From: Methanoculleus sediminis
Lineage (GTDB): Archaea > Halobacteriota > Methanomicrobia > Methanomicrobiales > Methanoculleaceae
DNA: 40,000 nucleotides
Direction of reading: 5' to 3'
Assembly: GCF_001017125.1 (NCBI RefSeq)
Contig: NZ_JXOJ01000008.1
Span: forward strand, 102,976-142,975
Shown: piece by piece, positions 9,471-18,093 of the stretch
How the letters are laid out: each line of letters starts with the position of its first letter
Numbering within the stretch: the stretch's first letter is position 1
Made by a program: the position numbers and the translations under genes
Notes under the pieces: model-generated
What the model saw: the letters and a program-made list of their open reading frames with translations, nothing else
Database searches by the model: none
What the model was told of the DNA's origin: nothing

Positions 9471-10985
9471 TCATCCTTCGATCCGATACATCCCGCGGGG
9501 CACGAGCATCTCGAACCGTGCCCCCTTCCCGGGCTCGCCCGTCTCGGTGATGCCGATCCCGGTGATCCCGAGGATCTCCCGGATCAGGAAGAGCCCGAGC
9601 CCCGTGTTCTTCCCGACGCCCCGGTGAAAGATCCGCTCCTTCTCCCCGGCAGGAACACCGGCGCCGTCGTCCTCCCAGGCGAGGGTGAGATCCCCGTTCT
9701 CTTCCGGACGATACAGGACGCGGACCCGGGTCGCCGACTCTCCGTGCCGGATTGTGTTGTCCATCAGGTTGGAAAAGACCGTTGCAAGCATCGGATCCGC
9801 ATAGATGGCAAGATCTCCGGCCTCGTTCTCGACCGGCAGGCCGTGAACCGCCTCGGTCCCGAGCGCATCGGAGATCCGCTGCCATTCCGGAGACCGGACA
9901 CCGAGATCCGTGTAGTCACGGGTGAACTCGATCTGGCGGCGAATCCGGTCGGCTGCGCTCTGGACCCGGGCAAGGTATTCCAGGATGTCCTCGCCGGGCT
10001 CGGCCTCCTGGGCAAAATAGAGGTTGCCGAGAAGGATCGTCAGCTGGTTCAGGACGTCATGCCTGGTGATGCTGCTCATCAGGTTGAGTTTCCTGTTCGC
10101 AACGGCCAGGCTGTTCGTCTGACGGACAAGTTCCTCGGAGTGATACGCGATCTCCAGCTCCAGTGCCGTGTACTCGCTGATGTCCAGAACGGCAAACGTC
10201 ATGCCCCGCGAGGAATCCGTCGGATCGAGAGGCGTGCTGGAGAACTGCACGTCGAGAGTCGTTCCGTCCCTGCGCATACAACGGGTTTCAAGCGCGCACG
10301 TTCCGGCCTTCCCGATCTGGACGTCCATCTGCCGCAGGGCGGAGTCATACTCCGCGTCGCCCGGAAAAAACAGCCGCATGCACTGACCGAGGAGTTCGTC
10401 GCGGGTGTAGCCGACAATCTCGCAAAGCCGCCCGTTGACCTCCGTGACGACCCCGTCCACAGCCATTCCGATACCGGCGGGGGCGGTGCGGAAGATGCTC
10501 TCCGCTCTCTGCAGCATCTCTTCACTCTTGCGCAACGCCGCTTCCGCCCGCCGCCTCCCGGCCAGCTGCCGGACCGCATTGGCAAGATCGGCAAACTGCG
10601 CCCTCGGGTCGCCGCCTTTCTGGAGGTAGAAGTCGGCACCGCAGTTCAGCGCCTCGATTGCCACCTCCTCGCGTCCTCTGCCGGTGAAGATGATGTAGGG
10701 CACCCGGGACCCCGCCTCCCTGACCTGCTTTAAGAGAGCAATCCCATCCATTCCCGGCATCATGTAGTCCGAGACGACCGCGTCGTACCGGCCGGTCATG
10801 ATCGTCTCGCATGCCTCCAGCGGGTTCGAGGTCGTATCGACGATGATGCTGCCCGTTCGCTCGAGGAAAGCCCGACCGATCTCGAGCAGCGCCTCTTCGT
10901 CGTCCACATAGAGGATGTGATCCGGGTTCGCGAGGGGATGCACTATATCTAAATGAGAGAGAACGAGTATAAAAAACATTTCCAA
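9471..10985 (-). CDS. Hybrid sensor: response-regulator receiver + PAS + histidine kinase
   Basis: Receiver domain (ILYVDDEEALLEI ... VVSDYMMPGMDGIALLKQVR), PAS-like middle region, H-box SITRHDVLNQL, and HATPase boxes (NLMDNTIRHG, DDGAGVP, GLGLFLIREI). The exact start is uncertain. Confidence 0.85.
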   Translation of the reverse strand: MEMFFILVLSHLDIVHPLANPDHILYVDDEEALLEIGRAFLERTGSIIVDTTSNPLEACETIMTGRYDAVVSDYMMPGMDGIALLKQVREAGSRVPYIIFTGRGREEVAIEALNCGADFYLQKGGDPRAQFADLANAVRQLAGRRRAEAALRKSEEMLQRAESIFRTAPAGIGMAVDGVVTEVNGRLCEIVGYTRDELLGQCMRLFFPGDAEYDSALRQMDVQIGKAGTCALETRCMRRDGTTLDVQFSSTPLDPTDSSRGMTFAVLDISEYTALELEIAYHSEELVRQTNSLAVANRKLNLMSSITRHDVLNQLTILLGNLYFAQEAEPGEDILEYLARVQSAADRIRRQIEFTRDYTDLGVRSPEWQRISDALGTEAVHGLPVENEAGDLAIYADPMLATVFSNLMDNTIRHGESATRVRVLYRPEENGDLTLAWEDDGAGVPAGEKERIFHRGVGKNTGLGLFLIREILGITGIGITETGEPGKGARFEMLVPRGMYRIEG

Positions 10986-11126
10986 TTGTCAGGACATTAT
11001 CATGACATTTTATCGCATTGTGCGAGATTGAAGAAAGATTTAGTTCGAAAGGCGGTCTGTACGCCCACAGAGGGGAGAATAAGATCTCTCCCGCGTGAGT
11101 ACTGCGCCTGCTTCTGGTCGCCCGGG

Positions 11127-11594
11127 TCACCGCACGCTTGCGATCATCTCGATCTCGACCCTCGCCCCTTTCGGGAGGGCGGCGACCTGCACCGTCGCCC
11201 GTGCGGGATACGGCTCCTGTAAGTACCCGGCGTAGACGGCGTTGACCGCATTGAAGTCCGCGAGGTCCGTCAAGTAGATCCGGGTCTGGACGACGTCGGA
11301 GAAGTCGAGGCCGCCTTCGGCAAGCACGGCCCGCAGGTTCTCCATCGCCTGCCTCGCCTCGCCGGCGGCGGTGCCGGAGAGGTTGCCGGTGACCGGGTCG
11401 AGACCGATCTGCCCCGAGATGAAGAGGTAGTCCCCGGACTGCACGGCCTGGCTGTACGGCCCGATGGGCTCCGGCGCGTTCGCCGTGTAGAGAGCGGTCT
11501 CGCCCGGGGCGGAGGATAGAACCGCGTATACGCCGAATCCCGCAAGGAGGCCGCATGCAAAAACGAGAACCGGGATCATCGTGCTGCCGTTCAT
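11127..11594 (-). CDS. RidA/YjgF/L-PSP family deaminase with an N-terminal hydrophobic anchor or signal
   Basis: The core (APEPIGPYSQAV..GDYLFISGQIGLDP ... ARATVQVAALPKGARVEIEMIA) is canonical RidA. It is preceded by MIPVLVFACGLLAGFGVYAVLS. Confidence 0.85.
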   Translation of the reverse strand: MNGSTMIPVLVFACGLLAGFGVYAVLSSAPGETALYTANAPEPIGPYSQAVQSGDYLFISGQIGLDPVTGNLSGTAAGEARQAMENLRAVLAEGGLDFSDVVQTRIYLTDLADFNAVNAVYAGYLQEPYPARATVQVAALPKGARVEIEMIASVR

Positions 11595-11738
11595 GATCTA
11601 TCCCTGCCCGTCGAGGCCGGAGCATCCATACAGGGTGTTTGATGCACCGATACGTATACCTTTGGAGGAGGGCGGCGGTTCCGGTGTCAGGCGGGCACCT
11701 CCTTGGAGCCGGACGAATCGGCGGTTGGTGTTCGGCCT

Positions 11739-12776
11739 CTATCCGCTCCCTTCCTGCAGCAGGGTGGAGATGTCTTTCTCGGTCCTGCAGAGGCGCACCA
11801 TCGATTGTGCGATCCGGTACGGGTCGATCTCTTCCCCGAAGAAGAACTGAAGCCTCGTCCACCCGGACGGGTCGGTAGCGAGCTCGACCCTCTGCGTGTC
11901 CGGGATGGCCGTGGCGAGGTGCTCGCGGAGTCTGGCGAGGAAGTCCGCGACCTTCGGGTACTCCTTATGTCTGACCTGTATCTCGATGCTGATGGAATCC
12001 CCCCGGTCGCCGAACTCGTAGCACACCGCTGCCGGCCACCCTTCGCGGTATACCCGGACGTTCTCCTTCCCTGTCGCGTGCGTCGAGAATATCGGCGGTT
12101 TCATCTTCGAGAACATCTCGACGATCAGGCGAAGCCGCAGCCTCTGTCGCTTTATCTCCGGATCCGTCTCTCCCGATACCAGGAACCGCGAATGGTAGAA
12201 GTACTCGTGCCTGCCGAGCCGGTAGCGCTCGACCACCAGCAGCCGGAGATCGAGATCGCTGTGTTCGTTGAGGTAACTGAACTCCCGGATAAGGTCGTCG
12301 GGGGCAGCGTCGAGGACGATGATGCCCCGAACCTGCCCGGCTCTCAGATACGAGGCAAAGGTACTCTTCACCAGGGCGAGCCGGGCCTCGGGATTCTCTT
12401 CCCCCTCGGCACCGGCCATGGATTGGAACGTTTCTTCGAGAAGGCCCGCGGATCGCTCGTTCACCGCATCGGGCGTAAGGTTACGCATTGCTGATAGAGA
12501 GTCGCATAACCGGCCGACGACCTCGCGCCGCGACTCCCCGTTGCGGGCCAGTTTCACCTCGACGATGACCGGCAGCCCGTTGCTGTCGACGAGAACGATA
12601 TCGGCGAACCCGCCTTCAAGCGGAAACTCCCGGCAGATCGTGACGAGCGCGGAATCGCCCCGGTCGACGAGGAGCACCGGGTGCCCGGCGAGGATCTCCT
12701 GCAGTTCGTACTCGTTCCTGAAGGGTTCCGGCTGCTGGGCCAGCTCGCTTCCTTCGCTTATTCGTATCGCGGGCAT
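11739..12776 (-). CDS. NucS/DUF91-like PD-(D/E)xK nuclease-domain protein with an unknown C-terminal domain (paralog 1)
   Basis: N-terminal ELQEILAGHPVLL, then the nuclease core FADIVLVDSNGLPVIVEVKLAR...RREVVGRL (D...EVK), then IIVLDAAPDDLIREFSYLNE. This architecture is shared with the adjacent gene 12957-14120. Confidence 0.6.
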   Translation of the reverse strand: MPAIRISEGSELAQQPEPFRNEYELQEILAGHPVLLVDRGDSALVTICREFPLEGGFADIVLVDSNGLPVIVEVKLARNGESRREVVGRLCDSLSAMRNLTPDAVNERSAGLLEETFQSMAGAEGEENPEARLALVKSTFASYLRAGQVRGIIVLDAAPDDLIREFSYLNEHSDLDLRLLVVERYRLGRHEYFYHSRFLVSGETDPEIKRQRLRLRLIVEMFSKMKPPIFSTHATGKENVRVYREGWPAAVCYEFGDRGDSISIEIQVRHKEYPKVADFLARLREHLATAIPDTQRVELATDPSGWTRLQFFFGEEIDPYRIAQSMVRLCRTEKDISTLLQEGSG

Positions 12777-12956
12777 CGAATCTCCATAGCGAATATGGAG
12801 GGAGAGGTTGATAGATGTTTATCAATGGGGGCGGGCAGGCATGGGGCTTGAGAGGTGACTCACAGTACAGAGCCAAAATAGGGAGATCTCAAGGTACGTC
12901 TCCAGACAACAGTTATACCCTCGAAAAAGGTATTGGATGCCCTTACGAAGAAGATT

Positions 12957-14120
12957 TTATCCCGATTGCGCTCCTGCAAGTCGGTGATGCTCTTCCAGCT
13001 TACCTCTCACCCACTCAAGGGTCTTGCAAAACGCATGGAAGTGGTTCTCATCTGCGAGCGGAGAGAGAGGTCGGTTTGACCAGGTATCGACTTTATTCGG
13101 ATCAAACCGGATATTGCTTTCGCGGCCCAATTTATTAAGCATCTTTAGGCGCATCTCCCTCTGATCAAATGGAGGAAAACCCAATAGCATATCAAAGTTA
13201 GGAGCGATGTTGCCTCCTCCATTCACTGTGATAATCCTGCAGTAATTCCCGCCGGGCAGGTCGAGTCCAATCGTTGCTGACCCCTCGTGCGCACCCTTTC
13301 CGTATTTCAATGAGAAATTGTGCGTCTCCGCCCATTCAAGGACATGATCTACAATACGCACAGATTCATCTCCTGCCCTCTCCTGCACCTGCAGAAGTAA
13401 CGACTCCCGATCCCATTGCCGTGGTTTTCCAGACCGAACCTTCTTGGTGTCGATCGCCCTCATCGTCTGGCCAACGACCCTGGAGACAAGGGTTTTTTCC
13501 TTTCGGCCGGTATACTGCTTAACCTCCACCCCGAGCACCTCCGCGGGATTCATCTGCTCATTCAGGAACTCGATAATCCTCTTCAATTCAGGGGGGATAA
13601 TATCGGTGACAAAGAGGAGTCGGATCTTCCCCTGCCGAAGGTTCGCCAACGCTATATCCCAATATTCCTCGGGATCGGTAGAGCCAGATAAGAAGGCTGC
13701 AAGTTCCTCTTCAGGGTCAACTCCTTTCTCTCCACAAGTGTGAGTAAAGGATCTGATGATATCTCCGATATTCCAGTACTGCACTGAGTTCGCTGCATAG
13801 TCCAGCATCTGGGCAACCACCTCACGGCGAGTTCGAGTGTCGCAGCTCCGCTTCACCTCAACGAGGGTAGGGATTCCGTCCTGGTCAATGAACAAATGGT
13901 CGAGTGCCCACCTCCCTGTACTGTCATCGCTATCCGGGACACCCATTTCACGAGTGATCAACAGCCATCTCCTCGGTTCGGTCGGATCAATCTGGTCACC
14001 GGCAAGAAGCGCAGGATGGTTCTTGAGGAGCTGCTGAAGGAGGTCTTCAGAATCATATGGGGTTTCGACCATCTCCTGCAATTCGTCACCGTCTTTGAGG
14101 AGGAATATCTTGCCGCCCAT
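12957..14120 (-). CDS. NucS/DUF91-like PD-(D/E)xK nuclease-domain protein with an unknown C-terminal domain (paralog 2)
   Basis: LLQQLLKNHPALL, then ALDHLFIDQDGIPTLVEVKRSCDTRTRREVVAQMLDYAAN (D...EVK plus the VxQxLxY helix typical of NucS-like nucleases), then IRLLFVTDIIPPELKRIIEFLNE. The likely start is MGGKIFLL at 14120; the track start 14186 is also possible. GC content is visibly lower than in the core genes. Confidence 0.6.
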   Translation of the reverse strand: MGGKIFLLKDGDELQEMVETPYDSEDLLQQLLKNHPALLAGDQIDPTEPRRWLLITREMGVPDSDDSTGRWALDHLFIDQDGIPTLVEVKRSCDTRTRREVVAQMLDYAANSVQYWNIGDIIRSFTHTCGEKGVDPEEELAAFLSGSTDPEEYWDIALANLRQGKIRLLFVTDIIPPELKRIIEFLNEQMNPAEVLGVEVKQYTGRKEKTLVSRVVGQTMRAIDTKKVRSGKPRQWDRESLLLQVQERAGDESVRIVDHVLEWAETHNFSLKYGKGAHEGSATIGLDLPGGNYCRIITVNGGGNIAPNFDMLLGFPPFDQREMRLKMLNKLGRESNIRFDPNKVDTWSNRPLSPLADENHFHAFCKTLEWVRGKLEEHHRLAGAQSG

Positions 14121-14458
14121 ATAGTAGATCTCAGCAGAACCGACATATAAAAAGAGACGACTGGAACATATCGATTGGCGAAACATTTCGCCGGGGATTG
14201 CCTCAAGTATGAAGGAGGAATAAACTCCGAACCGTAGTATTCCGGTTTATCACTGTAGATGGGGCAAAATAAAAGATGCCTCCTGCAGATTCGGGATTGA
14301 GCAAATCAAGAGTTCGCTGAATACAGAAAAATGGTAGGTTAATATAGCCCCGATCCAAAATGGGTACTTATCGTATCGCAACAACCAGAGAGGGAAGATG
14401 GGAACGGGATCTACAGAGACAGCCTACCTTCTGCCCCCTCCGCAACGAGGCTCCCCCC

Positions 14459-15847
14459 ATGATCCCTGATATCCTCCGAGCCCAGATCGCCACCGGTGAA
14501 GACAGCCGATGCCAGTTCAAGCGCGACGTTACCAATGCCGATGCCCTTGCTGCTGAGATGGCGGCATTTGCCAACGCCGATGGAGGTACGCTCTTTCTCG
14601 GTGTGGCTGATGACGGTTCCGTACCCGGTCTGTCGCGCACGGATGTGAACCGGATCAATCAGATCATCAGCAACGCGGCCTCTCAGCACGTGAAGAGCCC
14701 ATTGACGGTACAGACCAAAAATATCCCGGTAGATGGAGATCGCGTTGTTATCATACTCACCGTTCCGAAGGGGCAGGATAAGCCATACTTCGATAGGAAC
14801 GGTGTGATCTGGTTCAAAAACGGGGCCGACAAACGGCGGGTGAACTCCAGGGAGGAGCTCCGCCGCCTCTTCCAGAGCGTCGATATCTTCCATGCCGACG
14901 AACTGCCGACCAGAGCAGGCGTCGACAAACTGGACAGACTGCGCTTCCGGGACTTTCTGCGGGACACCTACAATCAACCCTACCCGGATTCGCCTGAAGA
15001 ACTGCTAACGCTCCTGCAGAACATGAACCTTGCCGCGGATAACGGGATGCTGAATCTGGCCGGGGTGCTCCTCTTTGCCGAGAGGCCGGAATGGATCAAA
15101 CCGCAGTTTATCATCAAGGCCATCCGCTATCCGGGCAATGGCATCCACGTAAGCGAATATCTCGACACTGAGGATTTTACGGGGACGTTTCCTGATGTAT
15201 TCGAGGGCGCTATGGCCTTTGTCATGCGCAACCTCCGAAAGATCCAGGCCGGCAAGGGAGTCAACGCCCCGGGTGTTCCGGAGATCCCGCCGGTGGTCTT
15301 TGAGGAACTCCTGGTCAATGCCCTGGTGCACCGGGATTATCTGATCAGCGCACCGATCCGGCTGTTCATATTCGATGACCGTATCGAGATCATCAGCCCC
15401 GGTCACCTCCCGAACAACCTGACGGTGGAAAAGATTCGGGCCGGCAACTCCAATATCAGAAACCCGATTCTTGCATCGTACGTCGCAAAGGGGCTGCTGC
15501 CATACCGCGGCCTCGGCTCCGGCATCAAACGGGCACTCGAAGACTGGCCTGAGATCGACTTTACCGACGATCAAGAGGGAGATCTTTTCACCGTCACGGT
15601 TCACCGAAAAGAGGAGAGAAGTTCGGAGAAAGGTTCCCAGAAAAGTTCCCCAAAAGGTTCCCAGAAAAGTTCCCAGAAGATCATTGAACTCATGCAACAT
15701 GACCCAACCGTGACCATTGCTGAACTCGCCCGGAGCGTAGGTGTAACCGACCGAGCGATCAAGAAACAGATCGAAAAATTGAAACAGCAAGGCCGGCTCC
15801 GTCGCATCGGCCCTGCCCGGAGCGGTCACTGGGAGGTACTGGAATGA
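14459..15847 (+). CDS. AlbA_2 (Schlafen-like divergent AAA) + HATPase-like + C-terminal wHTH protein, the type often annotated as a RecG-like putative transcriptional regulator
   Basis: The N-terminus GEDSRCQFKRDVTNADALAAEMAAFANADGGTLFLGVADDGSVPGL is the classic AlbA_2 signature. The middle region has FEELLVNALVHRDY. An S/Q/K low-complexity linker follows, then the wHTH TIAELARSVGVTDRAIKKQIEKLKQQGRLRRIG. The likely start is MIPDILRAQ at 14459. Confidence 0.75.
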   Translation: MIPDILRAQIATGEDSRCQFKRDVTNADALAAEMAAFANADGGTLFLGVADDGSVPGLSRTDVNRINQIISNAASQHVKSPLTVQTKNIPVDGDRVVIILTVPKGQDKPYFDRNGVIWFKNGADKRRVNSREELRRLFQSVDIFHADELPTRAGVDKLDRLRFRDFLRDTYNQPYPDSPEELLTLLQNMNLAADNGMLNLAGVLLFAERPEWIKPQFIIKAIRYPGNGIHVSEYLDTEDFTGTFPDVFEGAMAFVMRNLRKIQAGKGVNAPGVPEIPPVVFEELLVNALVHRDYLISAPIRLFIFDDRIEIISPGHLPNNLTVEKIRAGNSNIRNPILASYVAKGLLPYRGLGSGIKRALEDWPEIDFTDDQEGDLFTVTVHRKEERSSEKGSQKSSPKGSQKSSQKIIELMQHDPTVTIAELARSVGVTDRAIKKQIEKLKQQGRLRRIGPARSGHWEVLE

Positions 15848-16114
15848 CCTTCACTGAAGCATGCTCCATCCCCGGGACAGGTGAGCCGACGACATGAGCG
15901 AGGGGAAAGACCGGTTCCATGAGGAGATGTTTTCCGGGTTACCTGAACCAGCTCGTGATATTAGAGTGAACAAAAGAACAAACTACCGTCCCACAACGGA
16001 ACGGTAGCGAGTATAATAGGTACACATGCTGTACAATCCCATAAGTGGTTTTTGGTGCCACCAATCCAGATTGCGCCGTTATGGGCAAGTGAAAAAAGTA
16101 GACACCCTCCCCCA

Positions 16115-16498
16115 TCACTGCGCCGCCTTCTTCTCCTGCACCGGGGGGTTCTTGATCGTAACGTCGATCGACTTCGAGTTCTTCCCGCGAACCTCCACCT
16201 TGTAGGTGCCCGCTGCCGGGAACTTGTGCGCGAAGAACGCGTAGGTCTGCGGGCCACCGGCGGAGAGGTCCTGTTTCTTGCCGACCTGTTCGCCGTTGAT
16301 CCACAACTGCGCCTTGAAGTGCGTATCCCAGTCCGAAGACGGAACTCCTTCGTTGTCGAACCAGTAGCCGATGCTCACCGAGACGTTCGGGAAGAAATAC
16401 ACGTTGCCCTTCTCGTCGCGGCCGCCGCCGGTGCTGCCGCTGACCGTGGCAGTCGCTTCGACGGAGTTGATGGTTGCATCACGGTATGTTGGAGCCAT
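16115..16498 (-). CDS. Hypothetical small protein (beta-rich, no family recognised)
   Basis: 127 aa with balanced composition (…YFFPNVSVSIGYWFDNEGVPSSDWDTHFKAQLWINGEQVGKK…). The overlapping plus-strand ORF 16052-16525 is Arg/Leu-rich shadow sequence. Confidence 0.5.
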   Translation of the reverse strand: MAPTYRDATINSVEATATVSGSTGGGRDEKGNVYFFPNVSVSIGYWFDNEGVPSSDWDTHFKAQLWINGEQVGKKQDLSAGGPQTYAFFAHKFPAAGTYKVEVRGKNSKSIDVTIKNPPVQEKKAAQ

Positions 16499-16619
16499 GG
16501 TGCCACATTAATAAAAGTAGTATAATAAATTACGTGTCCGGTGCGTTGGTGCGGTCAGGTTTGTCAATATAGCGTGCGGGACCGTTTCGAAATCTGCCTA
16601 AATATCTTGAACTATCAGA

Positions 16620-17463
16620 GAGGTGATCCTAAAATTATAAGACCTCCAAAATAAAACCGGGGATCATGGTATTCCGGGAAATTGATGACGATCTCTGGGA
16701 GATTGTTCAGAAATACCTCCCACCAACGAAGCCGCACATTGGCCGACCGCGGTGTGACCCCCGCGGGTTGATCAACGGCATCCTGTACGTTCTGACCACC
16801 GGATGCTCCTGGCTCGATGTGCCGGTAAAGTACGGTACCAAATCGACGGTTCACCGGTACCACCTCGAACTCTGCGAGAAAGGAGTGTACCAGGCGATCT
16901 TCCTCGACCTCCTCCGATCTGGCTACGAGATCAAAAAGATCGATCTCTCGCACTGTTCTACCGATACCAAGGATATCCAGGCGAAAAAAGGGGATCGACT
17001 GGCTATGATGGCTATAAAAAAGTAAACGGCAACAAGCTGAGCGCTCTGGTCGATCGGCATGGTCTCCCCCTTGCCTGCACGGTTGCACCCGCAAATGTCC
17101 ATGATTCCCGGCTCTATGAGCCAACCCTCGAAGCATTTGAGATTCCCGAAGTGCAGGATCGTCCCGTGATCATCTCCGCAGATGCAGCCTATGATGCTCG
17201 GGAAATTCGTCAGTACAACCGGAAACGAGGAATTAAGAGCAATATTCCAGTCAACCGGAGATCCCGGAGATATCCGAAACGTGGGAGACCATTCTGGTTC
17301 GATCCGAAACTCTACAAGGAGCGCAATGCAGTAGAACGGTTCTTCAGTTGGATTGAGGCATTTAAGAAGATTGTCCCACGCTACGAGCGGTATGAACACT
17401 CATTCCTGGGATTGATTTACCTGGCATGTAGTGTCATGATCGGGAGAATATTGGGATGACCTC
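16620..17463 (+). mobile_element. IS5-family (IS427/IS1031-like) insertion sequence
   Basis: Imperfect terminal inverted repeats: gaggtgatcctaaaattat at 16620 versus the reverse complement of gggatgacctc ending at 17463 (about 15 of 20 matches by eye). A two-frame DDE transposase lies inside. The boundaries are approximate and no target duplication could be confirmed. Confidence 0.7.
16666..17459 (+). CDS. IS5-family DDE transposase, produced from orfA (16666-17025) and orfB (to 17459) by a programmed -1 frameshift
   Basis: orfA has an HTH-like N-terminus (LWEIVQKYLPP...GRPRCDPRGLINGILYVLTTGCSWLDVP). A slippery AAAAAAG lies at 16984-16990. The -1 frame continues GYDGYKKVNGNKLSALVD...ISADAAYD...ERNAVERFFSWIEAFKKIVPRYER, which is the DDE_Tnp_1 signature. 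Confidence 0.8.
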
Positions 17464-17497
17464 GTAGTCAATACCAACAACAAGGGCTTTCCGCATA

Positions 17498-17902
17498 TCA
17501 ATCTAATTCCCGTATTGCTGCCACAATTGATTCTGTGTTCCATTTTACAATTTTATTTGCTGCTTGCTTTACAACGCTGGATGTTTTTTCTGATCCCCAA
17601 GGTTCAATCGCTAAGATAGGTTTTCCATACTCTCGGGCAATTTCAATCTCTTTGTTAATCCACTTACTATATGTGGAGTAAACTCCTGCTAAGATGATAA
17701 TTACGCCACAAGGTTTAATTTTACGCTCTATTGCCTCTCGGAGTTCTTTATCAGTCCCATTTGTGTGAATTGGATCATTTCTGGGAACTGAATAATCAGA
17801 GTAAGAAAAATAGGGCCTATTCTTAAGTAATTCTGTTAAATTATTGTATTGATTACCATATGTCCACGAATGACTGATAAACAAATGATGGTGCTTTGAC
17901 AT
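17498..17902 (-). CDS. Stand-alone TIR-like domain protein (DUF1863 / MTH538-like, ThsB-like)
   Basis: 134 aa. The N-terminal strand HHLFISHSWTYGNQY, VIIILAGVYSTYSKWINKEIEIA and KPILAIEPWGS match the flavodoxin-like TIR-like fold family. The gene is very AT-rich compared with its surroundings. Confidence 0.65.
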   Translation of the reverse strand: MSKHHHLFISHSWTYGNQYNNLTELLKNRPYFSYSDYSVPRNDPIHTNGTDKELREAIERKIKPCGVIIILAGVYSTYSKWINKEIEIAREYGKPILAIEPWGSEKTSSVVKQAANKIVKWNTESIVAAIRELD

Positions 17903-18093
17903 AATTAACTCCCTTAAATAGCGTTAATTAACTATTCTTACATAAATAATTTTCTAATTATGTAATCACCTCTTCGATGCCCTCACTGCATCATAAGACT
18001 AATAGCATGCAATAAAATCTAGTCAGGCATTGAAACCCCAGGAAAGGTGTGCTCGCCCACAAGTGGACAATAAAAATGATTCTTCAGAGTACT

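Noticed and set aside
10522-11862. 446-aa minus-strand ORF spanning the histidine kinase 5' end, the intergenic DNA and RidA
   Set aside because: It runs through two well-supported genes in a different frame and across their intergenic region. It is very Arg/Pro/Gly-rich.
17498-17902. A complete Thoeris system (ThsA + ThsB)
   Set aside because: Only the TIR-like (ThsB-like) component is visible. No SIR2, Macro or SLOG effector ORF lies within the flanking AT-rich DNA or in neighbouring genes.
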